Below, piece after piece: positions 17,954 to 20,837 of a stretch of DNA of 20,837 nucleotides; the first letter of the stretch is position 1, and every line of letters starts with the position of its first letter. The DNA comes from Candidatus Methylomirabilia bacterium (GTDB lineage Bacteria; Methylomirabilota; Methylomirabilia; Rokubacteriales; CSP1-6). The translations under genes were made by a program, and so were the position numbers. The stretch covers positions 1 through 20,837 of the forward strand of contig JBGPXN010000077.1 of assembly GCA_041492755.1 (NCBI GenBank), read 5' to 3'. The notes below the pieces were generated by a model, which was given only the letters and a program-made list of their open reading frames with translations, made no database searches and had not been told where the DNA came from.

Positions 17954-18304
17954 CTACTCTTCCACCAGCTCCAGGACCTCGCGCATGGCGTCCCCGACCT
18001 TCGTCATCAGGGCGGGGGACAGGCGAGTCAGTGGCCCTCGTACCAGGCGCCGATTGTCGATGGCCCGGAGTTGGTCCACGAGCAGATCGGACGCCTGCCG
18101 CAAACTTCGGGAAGCCGGGACCCGGATGCGAAGAGGCACGGCGTCGTCGATCAGACTCGTGGTGAGGGGAATGACCAGGGTGGACGGGTGGCTGGCGTCG
18201 AGGAGCGCCTGCGCCTGGACGACGAGGACGGGTCGGGTCTTGCCTGCCTCGGTTCCCCGACGGGGATCGAGGCTGGCCAGCCACACCTCACCCCGGTTAT
18301 GCAT
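17954..18304 (-). CDS. mazF: PemK/MazF family endoribonuclease toxin
   Basis: RGEVWLASLDP..GTE.GKTRPVLVVQ, VIPLTT, DQLRAIDNRRL motifs; start overlaps the antitoxin end. Confidence 0.93.
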   Translation of the reverse strand: MHNRGEVWLASLDPRRGTEAGKTRPVLVVQAQALLDASHPSTLVIPLTTSLIDDAVPLRIRVPASRSLRQASDLLVDQLRAIDNRRLVRGPLTRLSPALMTKVGDAMREVLELVEE

Positions 18305-18533
18305 CCGGGGCCCGCTCGATGGCCGCGAACTCGGCGTTGACCTTCATGCTCTCGCCGCGGACCCTTCGCGACGCGTCGGCGAGCTGCCGGGCCCGGAGCC
18401 GGGCCTGCGTCTCCCGATTCATGCGTTCCACGGCACGACGGATGTACGCCGCGCGCGAGAGCTTCAGCGCGACCGCGCAACGGTTGCTCGTCTCCAGCAG
18501 GTCATCGGGCAGCTTGAGCGAGATGGCGCTCAT
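18297..18533 (-). CDS. Ribbon-helix-helix (CopG-like) antitoxin
   Basis: ISLKLPDDLL...LSRAAYIRRAV RHH pattern; AGGAGG RBS; 8-nt overlap with mazF. Confidence 0.88.
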   Translation of the reverse strand: MSAISLKLPDDLLETSNRCAVALKLSRAAYIRRAVERMNRETQARLRARQLADASRRVRGESMKVNAEFAAIERAPDA

Positions 18534-18561
18534 CGGTACGCCTCCTGAGCATCTGCATCGA

Positions 18562-18599
18562 GTATGCAATCATGATATACACGCGCCGGCGATGGTCAA
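18562..18599 (-). promoter_or_regulatory. Putative TA promoter with overlapping palindromic operator
   Basis: TTGACC-16 nt-TATCAT; palindrome ATCATGAT (18569-18576) flanked by GTAT/ATAC overlaps the -10 box. Confidence 0.55.
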
Positions 18600-18622
18600 C
18601 TACAGGAAGCGAGACGCGCGAG

Positions 18623-20050
18623 CGCCTCGTCTACGAGTTCGTCCACTCCCATCGGCTGCAGGGCTGGCTGGTCCTCGAAGCCGCGTCGGTCTCGTACGGC
18701 AAGGCGACGAGCTACTTGCCCGTGATCGCCCTCCTCAAGGGCTACTTCAAGATCCAGGACCGGGACGACCTGCGGGAGATCCGTGCGAAGGTGACGGGCA
18801 CGCTGCTCACGCTCGACCGCGCCCTCGAGCCGACGTTGCCCGCGTTGCTGGCCCTGCTCGATGCGTCCGTCGACGACGCCGGGTGGCAGAGGCTCGACCC
18901 GGGTCAGCGGCGCCAGCGCATCCTCGACGCCGTGAAGCAGTTGCTGCTCCGGGAAGCGCGCGAGCAGCCGCTCCTGCTGATCGCTGGTGGAGACGAAGGC
19001 GCTGGCCGGGGAGCGAGGCCGGTATCGGCTGACGCAACCGGTTCAGGCGCTCCAGGTCCCGGCCACAGTCCAGGCGATGCTGGCGGCGCGCATCGATCGA
19101 CTTCTCCCTGAGGACAAACGCCTACTCCAGACGGCCTCGGTCGTCGGCAAGGACGTACCATTTGCGCTGCTCCAGGCGATCGCCGAATTGCCAGAGGAGG
19201 CGCTCCGTCGCGGACTCGGCCACCTACAAGCTGCCGAGTTCCTCTACGAGACTGGGCTCTACCCGGATCTCGAGTATTCCTTCACGCACGCACTCACGCA
19301 CGACGTCACGTATGGCGGACTACTGCAGCGGCGTCGCCGCGAACTTCACGCGCGGATCGTCGAAGCGATCGAGACGCTCCATCCGGATCGCTTGGGTGAG
19401 CAGACTGAGCGGCTCGCGCATCACTCTGTCCGAGGTGAGCTACGGGAGAAGGCCGTGCACTACCTCCGCCAGGCCGGACTCAAGACGGTTGCGCGGTCGG
19501 CACCCCAGGACGCTCATCGCCATCCTGCTTCCCTACGCGCTTGGCTGCTCCGCCTGGGTGCTGGCGCAGCGCGGGGACGCAAGTGGCGCGATGGAGCGGT
19601 CCCGAGAAGCCGAGCGCGGCCTCGAGCGTCAGGTGGCGAAAGGAATCGTTCTCAATGTCGGCTGGATCTACCATTGTGTGGGGCGTGCCTGGCTGCTGCT
19701 CGACCGGCTCGACGAGGCGCGGCGCCTGGCTCGCCGAGCTGTCGAGTCGTCACTGTCTCAGCCCGGTTACGGGGCGCACTCGGCGCACTCGCTGCACCTG
19801 CTCGGCGACATCGCGACCCATCCCGAGCGATTCGATGCCGAGCGCGGCGAGACCCACTACCGCCAGGCGCTGGCGCTCGCCGAGCCACGCGGCATGCGCC
19901 CGCTTGTCGCCCACTGTCACCTCGGCCTCGGCAAGCTCTACGGGCGCACGGGCAAGCGCGAGCAGGCGCACGAGCACCTCACGACCGCGGAGACGATGTA
20001 CCGCGAGATGGACGTGCGCTTCTGGCTGGAGCAAGCGGGGGCTGCGGGGG
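18623..20050 (+). pseudogene. AAA/STAND ATPase-TPR gene remnant in three frames
   Basis: Three pieces: RLVYEF...SYGKATSYLPV...QPLLLI, then LVETKAL...VPATVQAMLAARIDRL...FTHALTHDVTY...LAHH...ARSAPQDA, then IAILL...RGMRPLVAHCHLGLGKLY...MYREMDVRFWLEQA. Walker A, Walker B and many TPRs are deleted, with junctions near 18622, 18983 and 19514. Confidence 0.88.
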
Positions 20051-20344
20051 AGCGAGGACGCTCAACGAATGCATTTCCATGGCGAGTCTCCCGTGTGCTG
20101 GGGCGACTCTACACCCGGGTTTCGGAGCCACCTGAGCGCCGCCAGAACCGGCGATTCTGGCGCGAGCCATAGTTTTTTCGGTTCGGCCACGTCCGCCAGC
20201 ATCGCCGGCCCGGCGTGGAGCGCTGAGCCGGCATCTTCTCGGCGCCGGCGACATGCGGCCATTCGCATGGCATGAAGCTGTCAAGCGAAAATTTCACGCG
20301 ACATCCCGCCGGCCCGGGCGCAGACTCTTCGCTGCCTGGGTGCC

Positions 20345-20668
20345 CCCACCACCAGGATCCGCAAGAGCTTCGTCACCGGGCAGACCGGGAATCCCTCCAT
20401 GTGGTCGGAGCCGGCCTACGACAAGAAGATGCACGAGGTCTATCTCACCCGCGACGAATCCAAGCGGCAGCAGATGCTCCGGGAGATGACGGTCGAGATC
20501 CTGGACAAGGCGCCCTATCTCTGGCTGCCGACGCCGTATGTCTTCACCGCCTGGTGGCCGTGGGTGCAGAACTACAACGGCGAGCTGCGGGCGGGCGCCG
20601 TCCGCCGCGGCCCGATCTACGCCCGGATCTGGATCGACCACGAGCTGAAGAAGAAGCTGGGCTTTTGA
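20345..20668 (+). pseudogene. ABC transporter substrate-binding protein (family 5-like) C-terminal fragment
   Basis: PTTRIRKSF...NPSMWSEPAYDKK...DESKRQQMLREM...APYLWLP...WWPWVQNYNGE...ARIWID; no signal peptide or N-terminal portion. Confidence 0.75.
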
Positions 20669-20670
20669 CT

Positions 20671-20691
20671 ACATGGGGGCTCCGGGATGGC
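20671..20691 (+). repeat. Truncated third copy of the REP-like element
   Basis: ACATGGGGGCTCCGGGATGGC lies right after TGA 20668 and resembles ACATGGGGGGCCCCGATATGGC after the Bax-inhibitor stop, in the same orientation relative to its gene. Confidence 0.5.
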
Positions 20692-20696
20692 ATGCG

Positions 20697-20744
20697 CGGT
20701 TCTGGCTAGAGACGGCCGAGGCGGAGCTGAAGGCGATGGGGTGA
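20697..20744 (+). pseudogene. Extreme C-terminus of another STAND-TPR paralogue
   Basis: RFWLETAEAELKAMG* matches RFWLEQA at about 20016-20036. Confidence 0.7.
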
Positions 20745-20837
20745 GGGGCTACGAATGGCGACGAGCGGGGCCGCGCGTACTAGATCGGGGCGAGCGCCTC
20801 ACGGCCGGAGCAGATGCTCAAATTGATCGACGGTGAG

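Noticed and set aside
18975..19520. Programmed frameshifting between the STAND ORFs
   Set aside because: Whole conserved blocks (Walker B region, TPRs) are missing at the frame changes and no slippery sequence is present; deletions fit better.
17215..20050. A single STAND gene interrupted by one mobile-element insertion, or a true integron
   Set aside because: There are two separate N-termini, and no transposase, integrase, terminal inverted repeats, target duplication or attC sites are visible.
20814..20837. Possible gene start MLKLIDGE at the window edge
   Set aside because: Only 8 codons are visible, so it cannot be supported.

Overview
Very GC-rich bacterial DNA. The gene content suggests Candidatus Rokubacteria/Methylomirabilota, but that is an inference. 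The left part holds a DegT-family aminotransferase and flavin reductase, an Mrp/ApbC - LON-N - PDZ operon, a NodU/CmcH carbamoyltransferase, a Bax-inhibitor-1 protein and two small exported proteins behind a sigma54-type promoter. The middle holds a PPOX-class oxidoreductase, an unknown P-loop protein, a VOC protein, a 485-aa His-motif protein, an ABM/LsrG-like protein, a PimC/PimD-like acyl-CoA dehydrogenase pair and three Rid domains. The ORF track misses a peroxiredoxin-like gene (13307-12783) whose catalytic codon is an in-frame TGA (U-P-K-C-S-C), followed at 11 nt by an fdhF-like SECIS hairpin, so it is a probable selenoprotein. The right end is a collapsed array in which fragments of zinc-ribbon/STAND-ATPase/TPR genes alternate with opposite-strand toxin-antitoxin modules. 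A REP-like double-hairpin element sits just after stop codons (two full copies, one truncated). About eleven abrupt deletion junctions leave many gene remnants, which could reflect real decay or a read/assembly artefact.
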